This document shows, one piece after another, positions 48,542 through 58,891 of a DNA stretch of 64,000 nt. The translations under genes and the position numbers were made by a program. Numbering within the stretch: position 1 is the stretch's first letter; each line of letters starts with the position of its first letter. Under the pieces are notes generated by a model that was not told where the DNA came from, did no database searches, and worked only from the letters and a program-made list of their open reading frames with translations. The DNA is taken from assembly GCA_963664815.2 (NCBI GenBank), contig CAXXHB010000003.1:2112001-2176000 (forward strand), read 5' to 3'. Source of the DNA: Spirochaetota bacterium. Lineage in GTDB: Bacteria; Spirochaetota; UBA4802; UBA5550.

Positions 48542-48796
48542 TAAATCAGGCCTGCTGGCATATAACAATTCAATTTTATCCCGGATTCGGTTTTACAATG
48601 GCCATACAGCTCCGAATTTCTTCTGATATTCCGGATGCAGCATCATATTTAAAACAATGTCTTAACCGATTTTAATATAATTTAATATTTCATTTATATT
48701 TTCTGTTGAGTTATTATTACCCCGGATTAGCCATATCAAAATTGAATATTTAAGTTTTGACTAATATTTATAAACTTTGTTAAAAATATAAATCAG

Positions 48797-51274
48797 GTGA
48801 AGATGGTGAGTGAATTAAACCGAAATGATAATTACAACCTGAATAATCCCGATATATTTAAGATGCTTCTCGAAGGCATTAATTCCGTTTTTTTTCTTAT
48901 TGATAAAGATGGTATAATTACATATGTCAGCCCTGCGTTGGAGCAGATGACAGGTTATATATCTTCAGATGTTACGGGAAAGCACTTTAATCTTTTTATA
49001 TTTGAAGATGATCTTCCCATTATACTGAAAAGCAGTTGGACAATTTTTAATGATCTATTCAATTCATATGAATTCCGTTTATTAAAAAAAAATGGCAAAC
49101 CATTTTACTGCCGGGTTTATGGAAATCGGTTGTCTATTGATAATCATTTCGACTATATAGCCGGTTTTATAATCAATAATACGGAAAAATCACTATCAGA
49201 AAACAGAAATATATACAGACTGATTGCTGATAATATCAGCGAGATAATATGGGTTATGGATAAAAATTTCAATATATCATATATAAGCCCATCCGGTGAA
49301 AAAATCAGGGGTTTTACGTTTGATGAACAGATAAAAATGAAGTTACATGAACATTTTACTCCTGAATCATATAAAGAAATAAAGCAGCTGATAAAAAATG
49401 ATTTCAATATTCAAAAACTTTCCAGTAAAAAAATTTCTTCACTTGGACCATATACGCTTGAGATGACATGTAAGCATGGTAAAGCAAAATGGCACGAAAT
49501 TATACTCACGATAATCCGCGGAAAACACAAAAGCGATATAACCTTTCTGGGAGTAGCAAGGGATGCCACTGAAAAGGTTAATATTGAAAGAGAGCTTAAA
49601 TTTTCTGAAGAGAAATTTGCAAAGGCCTTCAGGTATTCACCCAATATTCAGATACTTACAAGGATGAATGACTGTGTAACTATTGATGCAAGTGATTGTT
49701 GTCATGAATATACCGGATTCTCAAAAGATGACATCATTGGAAAAACAGCTTCAGAAATTGATTGCTGGATTAATGATGAAGACCGTAAAGGTATAAATAA
49801 ATTATTAAAAAATACAGGCACAGTAAAAAACAAAGAGTTTGAGATGAAAGATAAAAACGGGTTTGTTTATAAAATCCGTCTTTCCTCTGAAACTATATAT
49901 ATAAACAACGAATTACATATAATATCAACCCTTTTTAATTTATCCAAAGTCCGCAAGCTTGAAGATATTATTATTAAAATGGACGAAATTCAGAAAGAAA
50001 GAATCGGCCATGAACTTGATTATAATCTGTTTAATTATCTTTCAGGGATTTCAATATTATGCAGAGAATTAAAAAGAAAACTTGATGAAAAATATTCCGA
50101 AGAATCAAATCTTGCGAATAATATATCTGTCCTTATTGATGATGCAGCCTCCCAGATTCGCGGGTTAACAAGAGGAATAAATAACCTTCTCCCATGTGAT
50201 GATGATATTATTGAATTGCTTGAATCTCTTGCTGCCTCAACACGTAAATTTACAGGCATAAACTGCATATTTTCTTACGGAAACGTTCCCCGGCTTATTG
50301 ATAAATTTACTACACGCAATATATTTCTTATAGCAAAAGAAGCCGTCAATAGCGCAATAAAATTAAAATGCCCGGCGAATATAATGATTGCCCTTGAAAG
50401 TGATAACAATATAATAAAACTCATTGTCAGAGATGATGGAACTCCTGAAAATAATTTAAGAGCTGAGTTCAGTTACATTATAATAAAACATATTTCAGAT
50501 ATGATCAATGGTTCACTGGTATTTGATTATAGTGAAAGCCATAATTCACTTATCTTCACAGTAAACATAAATGAATTGAATGACCTGAAATATTTAAAAA
50601 ACAGTTACACCGAACCGGTCAAAAAAAAACGTGTTCTGGTTGTGGATGATCAGCCTCTGATACGCCAGGGATTGATAAAAATACTTAATGATTCAGGTAA
50701 GTTCGATGTCTGCGGCGAAGCAGAAAACTGCACCAAGCTTATTAAGGCTGTAAGAAAATTAAATCCTGATCTTTTAGTATGTGACTTTTATTTAAACAGT
50801 GTTTATAATATCGACCTATGCAGAAATATCTCCTCTATCAATCCCTCTCCTTCAGTCCTGATTATTTCAAACCAGGACGAACTTATCTATGCCGAACGCA
50901 TGATAAAAACCGGCGCCTGCGGCTATATAATGAAAAACGAAACTCCGGAAAAAATTATCGAAGCTTTATTAACTGTTCTCAGCGGAGAGATATATGTAAG
51001 TAAAAAATTTTCATCAACCGTTGCTTCCAAGATACGGTATTCTTACTCTTCACAGCAGGATTTAATTATCAATACACTTAGCGAGCGTGAACTCGAGGTT
51101 TTTATGATGATAGGTAAAGGCATCTATTCAAAGGAAATCGCTGACAAACTGTTTATCAGCCTGAAAACAGTTGAAGCAATAAGAAAAAGATTAAGAATCA
51201 AACTGAAACTTTCTGATTCAAGGAGTCTTGTAAAGCTTGCAGTAAGCTGGACAAACCGTCAGGAAAATGAATAA
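48797..51274 (+). CDS. PAS x3 / degenerate HisKA_3-HATPase / REC / LuxR-HTH fusion regulator
   Basis: Three PAS repeats; ERIGHELDY; VLVVDDQP..RQG receiver; LSERELEVF..IG.G..SKEIA..L.IS.KTVE. Confidence 0.85.
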   Translation: MKMVSELNRNDNYNLNNPDIFKMLLEGINSVFFLIDKDGIITYVSPALEQMTGYISSDVTGKHFNLFIFEDDLPIILKSSWTIFNDLFNSYEFRLLKKNGKPFYCRVYGNRLSIDNHFDYIAGFIINNTEKSLSENRNIYRLIADNISEIIWVMDKNFNISYISPSGEKIRGFTFDEQIKMKLHEHFTPESYKEIKQLIKNDFNIQKLSSKKISSLGPYTLEMTCKHGKAKWHEIILTIIRGKHKSDITFLGVARDATEKVNIERELKFSEEKFAKAFRYSPNIQILTRMNDCVTIDASDCCHEYTGFSKDDIIGKTASEIDCWINDEDRKGINKLLKNTGTVKNKEFEMKDKNGFVYKIRLSSETIYINNELHIISTLFNLSKVRKLEDIIIKMDEIQKERIGHELDYNLFNYLSGISILCRELKRKLDEKYSEESNLANNISVLIDDAASQIRGLTRGINNLLPCDDDIIELLESLAASTRKFTGINCIFSYGNVPRLIDKFTTRNIFLIAKEAVNSAIKLKCPANIMIALESDNNIIKLIVRDDGTPENNLRAEFSYIIIKHISDMINGSLVFDYSESHNSLIFTVNINELNDLKYLKNSYTEPVKKKRVLVVDDQPLIRQGLIKILNDSGKFDVCGEAENCTKLIKAVRKLNPDLLVCDFYLNSVYNIDLCRNISSINPSPSVLIISNQDELIYAERMIKTGACGYIMKNETPEKIIEALLTVLSGEIYVSKKFSSTVASKIRYSYSSQQDLIINTLSERELEVFMMIGKGIYSKEIADKLFISLKTVEAIRKRLRIKLKLSDSRSLVKLAVSWTNRQENE

Positions 51275-51577
51275 TATATTAAAAATTTCCGGATCAGATG
51301 CCAGTAATTCCGTTCTGAGTAACGAGACCGGATTGATTTAAGATGAGAGGATAGCAGCACTGATTATAATTGATATCCCTAATCAATCCCATCCGCACCA
51401 GAAGGGAACTACCGGTAATACTGAAAATTATTAATTGAACATATTGAATAAACTTATCTCTTTCATCTGATTCTATCTTTACATAAAATAAATGTCCGTT
51501 ATATTTTTTCTTTTAGTAAATCTTATAATACTTCATTTCATACTGCATGACATACCTGATCTTAACTGTTATGATTA

Positions 51578-53296
51578 TCAAAACTGCTCAAAGCTTTCAT
51601 TTCCAATAATTGAGACTCTCTTTTTTTCCGGAGAGCCTGAGTGATCATTTTTTGTCGTTGTATATAAGGATCTATCGAATACCGGGGAAACCGGAACTGA
51701 AACTTTACCTCTGTACAGGTTTGCACCCGAATCAGGTTTTGTCTCCCTGATTTTAAACCTCGATATTAAAGCAACAAGTTCCTGCGCCTGATTTGACATT
51801 TCCTCACTTGCTCCGGCTGTCTCCTCGACAAGGGCCGCGTTATGCTGTGTCATATTATCAAGACCTGTAATGGCAATGGCTATCTGCTCCATTCCCTGTT
51901 TCTGTTCATTTGAAGATGCTGCAATTTCATCAACTAACCTGGCTACATCCTTTACAGATACAATAATCTCTTTTAAAGATTCTCCGCTCTTATATGTTTT
52001 TTCTGTTCCGTTTTCCACTTTTGCGACAGTATCATTGATCAGGTGAGCTATCTCCCTGGCTGCATTCCCCGCTCTCTGGGCGAGGTTCCTCACTTCACCG
52101 GCTACAACAGCAAATCCCCTGCCCTGATCACCAGCCCTGGCTGCTTCAACAGCCGCATTGAGAGCCAGGAGATTTGTCTGAAATGCAATTTCATTAATTA
52201 CCGTGGTTATTTCCCCAATTTTTTTTGCGCTTGTATTAACTTCATTAATAGATTGAACAGTCTCATTGACAAGTTCCCCGCCGCGAATTGCAGTTTGAGA
52301 TGATGTTTCTGACATTCCTTTTGCATTCTGCGAATTTTCATAATTAAAATTTATAGAAGTGCTTGCTTCCTCTATTGTCGAGGCTACTTCCTCAAGTGCG
52401 CTGGCCTGTTCGCTTGTTCTCTGGGACAGATTCTGGTTTCCAATTGCTATCTGTTTTACAGCCTCAACAAGATTTTGTGATGCAGTGATAATATCCGATA
52501 TAAGTTTTTCAAGGTTATCAGCTGTTTTATTCAGTGCCTTACCGAGAGTTCCAAGTTCATCATTCTGATCAAGATCAATCCTCTCAGTAAAATCACCATC
52601 TGCCATTTTCTGGGCAAAAACAAGACCTTTATTAACCGGACTCGAAACTGATTTTGAAAGCAATGTAATGATAAATACACCGATAACCATCGAAACAGAC
52701 AGCGTAATAAGAATAAGAATATTTGTAGTGTAAACATCACCTTCCTGTTTTTCACTTAGTGATTTTCCCTTCTTAATCTGGAGATCTACAAGACTATCAA
52801 TTAAATCCATACCGGATTTATGGACAATAAACCATCCATCCATATATTTCCTGCTTTCAGTAAAATCACCTTTTATAATTGCTTCACTGAATTTTGTTCT
52901 TAATTCAGATCCCCCCTTAACCTCAGCTAATAAATTATCCAATATTTTTATTTCATCGGGAGTTCTGTTCAAGGCCATGTAGCTATCCAGATATTTTTTA
53001 TATTCCTGGATTATAACCTTACTCTCACTGATCAGTTTATCAACTTCTTTTACATCCTTCCTTTCTGCAGCCAGCTGCTGTGACAGCATATTCGTTTTTA
53101 ATACCAGGAATGTTTCATAAACTTTGCTGAGATATACCGATCCGAAAAATCTGTTATTATAGAAATCATTAAATGATTTATCTGCCTTTTTCATATTCAG
53201 GTAGTTGCTTGAAGAAATTATAACTATAATAATCAGAAAAAATGAACATGCGAACAGTACTTTTTTAGATACTTTCATATTGTTAAACCACTTCAT
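51578..53296 (-). CDS. Methyl-accepting chemotaxis protein
   Basis: TM, four-helix sensor, TM, HAMP; IAFQTNLLALNAAVEAARAG.QGRGFAVVA.EVR.LA. Confidence 0.95.
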   Translation of the reverse strand: MKWFNNMKVSKKVLFACSFFLIIIVIISSSNYLNMKKADKSFNDFYNNRFFGSVYLSKVYETFLVLKTNMLSQQLAAERKDVKEVDKLISESKVIIQEYKKYLDSYMALNRTPDEIKILDNLLAEVKGGSELRTKFSEAIIKGDFTESRKYMDGWFIVHKSGMDLIDSLVDLQIKKGKSLSEKQEGDVYTTNILILITLSVSMVIGVFIITLLSKSVSSPVNKGLVFAQKMADGDFTERIDLDQNDELGTLGKALNKTADNLEKLISDIITASQNLVEAVKQIAIGNQNLSQRTSEQASALEEVASTIEEASTSINFNYENSQNAKGMSETSSQTAIRGGELVNETVQSINEVNTSAKKIGEITTVINEIAFQTNLLALNAAVEAARAGDQGRGFAVVAGEVRNLAQRAGNAAREIAHLINDTVAKVENGTEKTYKSGESLKEIIVSVKDVARLVDEIAASSNEQKQGMEQIAIAITGLDNMTQHNAALVEETAGASEEMSNQAQELVALISRFKIRETKPDSGANLYRGKVSVPVSPVFDRSLYTTTKNDHSGSPEKKRVSIIGNESFEQF

Positions 53297-53635
53297 ATTT
53301 GCACCTCTATTAAAATTGAATAAATTATATATATAGATTAAAGATTGAGATACATCACAATATTCTAAAAATACCGATATTGGCAATAGAGTATTCAAAC
53401 TAAAAGAGAGGTTTATTCTATATATTTATCACCCTACTGGTTTATACAAATATAGTATTAATATCTTATAGATATAAACGTTAAGAAATTATTTCTTACT
53501 TCATCCATCTTTAAAAACGCGGTCTTATATATAATCCGGGTGGTAAATCTGTTTTCTTCAGGGGAATTGTTCTTTTTTCAGTTATACTGCTGAATAATAA
53601 GGTAACGACAGTATGAATTCTACAGAGGAGAAATG

Positions 53636-54292
53636 TTAATTGATCAAACCTTTTTTTATTGCATAGATTACAAGATCCGTAACTTTTCTTATATTCAGCT
53701 TTTTCATTATGTTAGAACGGTGGACATTGACCGTCTTTCCGGAAATGAACAGCATTGAGGAGATCTGTTTGTTTGTCTTCCCCTCTGCTATAAGTTTGAG
53801 GATTTCAAGTTCACGTGGAGTAAGCCTGGGAATTACAGAGCCGGAAGCTTTATCATTCTGCTGCCAGTTTGCTACAAAATTATTTACCATCTTTTTTGTT
53901 ACTTCCGGACTCAGATAAATATTATTCTTCATTACTTCCGAAATTGCGCGTATCAGATCCATGCTTGTATTCTCTTTTAATATATATCCATGGACACCAT
54001 ACTGCATCAGATGTTCAATATATTCATCATTATCATATTGTGTAAGTATTATAATCTTAATTTCCGGATGATATTTTCTCAGCTGACGCGCTACCTCCAC
54101 TCCAGTCATTGAAGGCAGTGATATATCAAGGATTACCACATCAGGTTTAAGCTGTTCTATCTTTTCAAGCGCTTCTCTTCCGTCACCTGTTTCGCCTATG
54201 ATCTCATATTCAGGCACACTCTGAATAATTGAGCAGAGTCCTTCACGGAGTATGGCATGATCATCAGCAATAAATATTCTGAGTTTTTTCAT
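53636..54292 (-). CDS. NarL/LuxR-family response regulator
   Basis: IADDH.ILREG, LDISLP, LTPRELEIL..IAEG.TNK.I...TV.VHR.NIM.KL. Confidence 0.95.
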   Translation of the reverse strand: MKKLRIFIADDHAILREGLCSIIQSVPEYEIIGETGDGREALEKIEQLKPDVVILDISLPSMTGVEVARQLRKYHPEIKIIILTQYDNDEYIEHLMQYGVHGYILKENTSMDLIRAISEVMKNNIYLSPEVTKKMVNNFVANWQQNDKASGSVIPRLTPRELEILKLIAEGKTNKQISSMLFISGKTVNVHRSNIMKKLNIRKVTDLVIYAIKKGLIN

Positions 54293-54485
54293 AAATCCTC
54301 ACCTTTTCACATAGTAGCAGAATTAAATAAAAACGATAAACTATGAAGTATTCCGGGAATTATTTCAAACATTATACTCTTTATTTAATTCTAATGGGTA
54401 AAATATGCAATAGTGATAAAGCATTAGATTAAAGGGTAATTTTATGTAGTTATATCAATCAGAAATAGAATATTAATACTATCAA

Positions 54486-55964
54486 TTACGGCAGAATGAC
54501 CTTAAGAGTAGTTCCCTTATTCACAGACGTGTCAATTAATATTATACCACCCAGACCTTCAGCTCTCTGTTTCATGCTGATTAATCCACAGTGGTTACGC
54601 GATTTTATAATCTGATAAGGATTAAATCCAATACCATTATCTTCAATGGAAAGCTTTACCCTGTCGTTCTGATTTTCCAGAGTAATTTTCACTCTGTCAG
54701 CCCCGGAATGCTTCAGGATATTGGAGAATGATTCCTGAACAATTCTGTATAGATTTATCTCTGTTTCTTTTTTTGTTTTCAGATCATTGCACAGATCAAG
54801 CTCCACAGAAATTCCTGATGATCCGAGAGAATATTTTGCATATAACCTAATCGCAGATGCAAGTCCGAATTCATCAAGAACCGAGGGAAAAAGATCCGAA
54901 CAGATTTCCCTGAGCTCTTTTACCGACTGGTCAAGCAGAAGAAGCCCACGTTCCAGCCTGTCCGGGTACAGAACTGAATCATTCTTAAACAGGGAGATAT
55001 TAACCTTCGCTGCAAGTATAGACTGCCCTACTCCGTCATGAAGATCTTTAGCTATACGCTGTCTCTCCTGCTCCTGAGAATTAATCATCAACTGATTCAG
55101 GTTTATTATTTCCTTTGTTCTTTCCAGAACTCTCTCTTCAAGCACATCATAAGATCTTTTCAAATCCTCTTCTATCTGTTTTCTGTCTGTTATATCCTGA
55201 AGAAAACCCAGAGTGGATGGTTCTTCTCCAAGTATAATTCTTACAGTATTAACTGAAACATTGAAATCAGTCCCATTTTTTTTATGGCATACGGTTTCAT
55301 AAATATCTGTATCAATTGATCCCTCTTCAAGAGAGATGTTTCTCTTAATCACCAGTTTTCTTTCATTCTCCGCTACAAGCTTAAAACCTGTCATACCAAT
55401 CATATCTTCAGGTTTATCAAATCCGAATATCTTTGCGTATGCCATATTTGCAAACAACAATCTCCTCTTCCTGTATACGACAATTCCGATAGGTGATTCT
55501 TCCAGAAGAATATGACTCTTTATTTCACTTGATCTGTGGGTTTTTTCAACCGGGTTTTTATTGCCGCTGTCAACGTAAAGAGCTATAGAGTTGATTGTTT
55601 CCGTCATATAATCTTTTATAATTACTGCAGATATATCAACCCATAGTTTTGTTCCATTTTTTTTAAGCAGGAAAACTTCAAAGCGCCCGGAGTTGAAATT
55701 TTTTTTAAAGAGCAATCTTATAGTTTTTATTAAAACATGATAATCATCCGTATGTATCATTTCAATAATATGTAAACCATTCAATTCATTACGGCTATAT
55801 CCGAAAAGTTGCTGCCATTTATGGTTTGTCTCGATAAAATATCCATACGGATTAATAACAGCAATTGCCTGAGGATTATTTTCAAAAATATTTCTGAATA
55901 CATTTTCATCCGTTTCATTTATATTATAGTTGTATTCATAAATTGATTCTTCTTTTATATACAT
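54486..55964 (-). CDS. PAS-PAS HisKA_3 sensor histidine kinase
   Basis: ERQRIAKDLHDGVGQ, QE..SNILKHS, DNGIGF, GL..M..R...LGG. Confidence 0.93.
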   Translation of the reverse strand: MYIKEESIYEYNYNINETDENVFRNIFENNPQAIAVINPYGYFIETNHKWQQLFGYSRNELNGLHIIEMIHTDDYHVLIKTIRLLFKKNFNSGRFEVFLLKKNGTKLWVDISAVIIKDYMTETINSIALYVDSGNKNPVEKTHRSSEIKSHILLEESPIGIVVYRKRRLLFANMAYAKIFGFDKPEDMIGMTGFKLVAENERKLVIKRNISLEEGSIDTDIYETVCHKKNGTDFNVSVNTVRIILGEEPSTLGFLQDITDRKQIEEDLKRSYDVLEERVLERTKEIINLNQLMINSQEQERQRIAKDLHDGVGQSILAAKVNISLFKNDSVLYPDRLERGLLLLDQSVKELREICSDLFPSVLDEFGLASAIRLYAKYSLGSSGISVELDLCNDLKTKKETEINLYRIVQESFSNILKHSGADRVKITLENQNDRVKLSIEDNGIGFNPYQIIKSRNHCGLISMKQRAEGLGGIILIDTSVNKGTTLKVILP

Positions 55965-56373
55965 GTAAGATCTCTTGCTATATAGATTTTTTATTATTAC
56001 AAATCAGTATATGTCCCACTATTATGTAATGTTTAATATTTAATATTTGATATTTTAAAATCTAACATTACTGGCAGATAAGCATGTATTTTGTCAAGGA
56101 TGATACTATGTAAACTGTTGATATACAAAACAAACTAAATTTTTGACAGAAGATCTTTTTAGTCTGGTATCACCAAAAAAATATTGACACGCTAAAAAAA
56201 CGTTTTTATCAATAAAAACAGGATTATGATTTAACCACCTTGATTAATATTTTCAAAAAAATAAAAAATATGGGTAATTTTATGGCTTTTTTTCTACTTA
56301 TTATATAGGTTTTTGCCACCTTTTATCTGTTGATAGCAGTAAGAAATATTCTTAAATTTTTAAGGAAGTTAAA

Positions 56374-57822
56374 ATGAATTTAAAAAAATGTATAAAATTT
56401 ATAATTACGTTTTCAGCAGCTATAATCTTATCTCTTGCCCTTGAAGTACCATTAATGGCTGAATTTATCTTTTTAAAAGACGGTTCTATTACTGAAGGCG
56501 TTATAATATCTGATTCGGCCGGTTCTGTAACCTTCCGTACTGCTGATAAAAAAGTTAAACAGATACCACGTCATTCAATACTGCGTATACTATATACAAA
56601 GCTGAAAATGGGAAAGATATATATACAGAAACGTGATGGCAAAGGTCTTGTTGCCTTTATGGTCGATGAAGATCAGGAGAATTATACATTCCGAAAAGAG
56701 TTATTTAAACCTGAAGAATTCATAATTAAAAGAAGTGATGTACTCTTTGTATCTGAAAAAAATCCATCAGGACTGCAGGTTGATGGAGATATCTCAACAG
56801 ACAGGGTTTCTCTTTTATGGCTGCCTCCGTACGATGCTGTAAAGAAGTATAATATTTATATTAAAAACAGTGAAAAAGATAAATACAAACTTATCGACAG
56901 CACTGGAAGTAAATCAATAACTTTGAAGCACCTTTCCAGTAACACTACATACTTTATAATTGTGACAAGCATAGACAATACTGATTACGAATCGTCACCA
57001 AGTAATGAACTTAAAATAACGACAAGGAATATCAGGCCATCCAGACCTGTTATTTCATCAATAGATATAATAAATGCAAACGACAACAGGATTATGTGGG
57101 AACCCTCTGATGATCCTGACGGCAAAGTGGAAAAATACAGGGTATATGCAATACTTGATAAAAAACGCACCATGATAACTGAACTTAAAAAAACAGAGTA
57201 CACTTTAAAAGACGTCCAACGTTATAGCAGGGTTGAAATCGTCGCAGTTGATGATAAAGGCGATGAATCATATACATCAAATGTCAAATTTGAGAGGAAT
57301 ACAATATTTGGAATTTATCCGGGAGTTATAATACCACTCGGGAAATTTTCAGATATTGCAGGCATCGGCTATGGCGGGTTGATTAAATTCAGCGAAAGAA
57401 ATATACTCTTTAAAAGATTTGAAGTTGGGATAGGTGCGGGATTCTACTATATGGATGGTAAAGACCTTATTGAAAAAGGTAAATCGCTTTATAACAGATT
57501 TCTCATAATTCCATTGCTTGTCAATACGGGGTACAGATTCACTTTCGGTGACAGTTTTTCTATTGCTCCTTCTTTATCTCTCGGCGCTTCGTTTATCAAT
57601 ATTAATTATATGAGCAAAAAGCTTACAACCATGGGTGATCTGGCAGAAATTAATGAAACAGGCAATACAATCGATCCCACAGCTAAAGCGGGGTTAGGTA
57701 TTGAATACAGAATAACAGATTCCATATCCTTTTCGCTGCAGGGAGAATACGGATTGTTTGTTGAAAAAGGCGGTTCAATGCCGTTCGCAACCGCGACACT
57801 GAGTACGGATTACAGGTTTTAA
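56374..57822 (+). CDS. Exported FN3-domain protein with C-terminal outer-membrane beta-barrel
   Basis: Signal peptide; FN3 (W......YNIY...L..NTTY...V.S....ES..S); alternating beta pattern ending YRF. Confidence 0.75.
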   Translation: MNLKKCIKFIITFSAAIILSLALEVPLMAEFIFLKDGSITEGVIISDSAGSVTFRTADKKVKQIPRHSILRILYTKLKMGKIYIQKRDGKGLVAFMVDEDQENYTFRKELFKPEEFIIKRSDVLFVSEKNPSGLQVDGDISTDRVSLLWLPPYDAVKKYNIYIKNSEKDKYKLIDSTGSKSITLKHLSSNTTYFIIVTSIDNTDYESSPSNELKITTRNIRPSRPVISSIDIINANDNRIMWEPSDDPDGKVEKYRVYAILDKKRTMITELKKTEYTLKDVQRYSRVEIVAVDDKGDESYTSNVKFERNTIFGIYPGVIIPLGKFSDIAGIGYGGLIKFSERNILFKRFEVGIGAGFYYMDGKDLIEKGKSLYNRFLIIPLLVNTGYRFTFGDSFSIAPSLSLGASFININYMSKKLTTMGDLAEINETGNTIDPTAKAGLGIEYRITDSISFSLQGEYGLFVEKGGSMPFATATLSTDYRF

Positions 57823-57848
57823 TCTATTTTAGAAAAAGGAAATTTTAC

Positions 57849-58841
57849 ATGAATACAAAAATTTTTATCTCAATTATCTTTCTTTTAAACATACTCTCCT
57901 GCTACAACGGAATAAATGATTCATATAATACAACAAGCGACACGGTGCCAGCCGGATACAGCGTTTCATACAAACTGCCCGACAGTGTAAGCTTCAGCAT
58001 GAAGTATGTCCCCGGTGGAACATTCCCGACAGGTGTCAATGATTCAGGGGATACAGATGGTGATAACATCAACGATGTCTCTTCGCCGTCAACAATAAGT
58101 ACTCCATTCTGGATAGCTGAGACTGAAACCACATATCAGCTATGGAAAGCAGTTTACGATTGGGCATTAACACACGGTTATACAATTTCACATGCCGGAG
58201 TAATGGGAGATGGTACCGGAGATACAAATCAGCATCCTGTAACTACAATAAACTGGCGTGATATGATGGTTTGGTGTAATGCACTGACGGAGTACTATAA
58301 TGCCAATAACAGCAGCGATAAAGATCTGGATTGTGTATATTATACTGATGCAGCCTTTACTGTCCCAATCCGGGCAGCTGATGACACCGCCTCACTCTCG
58401 GCAGCACCTGGTGCTGAAGATAATCCTTATGTAAAATCAACAGCCAGCGGGTTTCGTCTTCCGGGGAGCATGGAATGGGAATGTGCTGCACGATATAAGA
58501 ATGGAATTACATGGACTCCCGGATCATATGCGAGCGGAGCAACAGCTGCCTACACAGATGTAACGGCTACCGAGCTGGTCTCGTGGGATTCTGCGAATGC
58601 CGGTAGTAGTACGCATGCTGTAAAAAGTAAATCAGCCAATTCTCTCGGTATTTATGACATGAGCGGTAATGTCTGGGAATGGTGTTTTGATGGGAAGCCA
58701 TCCTATCCTTATGGTACTCGAGTAGAAAGAGGTGGCAATATAAGTTATACCAAAAATGCTTTACAAGTGGGATTTGTTGATTATCTGGGAACATGGAACG
58801 AAGGCACTTATATCGGTTTCAGGATAGCAAGAACTCAATAA
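57849..58841 (+). CDS. FGE-sulfatase (SUMF1/C-type-lectin fold) lipoprotein
   Basis: Lipobox ILSC; ETT...W, HPV..INW, GFRLP...EWE.AAR, NSLGIYDMSGNVWEWC, RGG, IGFR.AR. Confidence 0.88.
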   Translation: MNTKIFISIIFLLNILSCYNGINDSYNTTSDTVPAGYSVSYKLPDSVSFSMKYVPGGTFPTGVNDSGDTDGDNINDVSSPSTISTPFWIAETETTYQLWKAVYDWALTHGYTISHAGVMGDGTGDTNQHPVTTINWRDMMVWCNALTEYYNANNSSDKDLDCVYYTDAAFTVPIRAADDTASLSAAPGAEDNPYVKSTASGFRLPGSMEWECAARYKNGITWTPGSYASGATAAYTDVTATELVSWDSANAGSSTHAVKSKSANSLGIYDMSGNVWEWCFDGKPSYPYGTRVERGGNISYTKNALQVGFVDYLGTWNEGTYIGFRIARTQ

Positions 58842-58891
58842 TCTTTTATTATATTTTTATATTTTTTGCCGAGACAGGTGATAAAAGCAGG

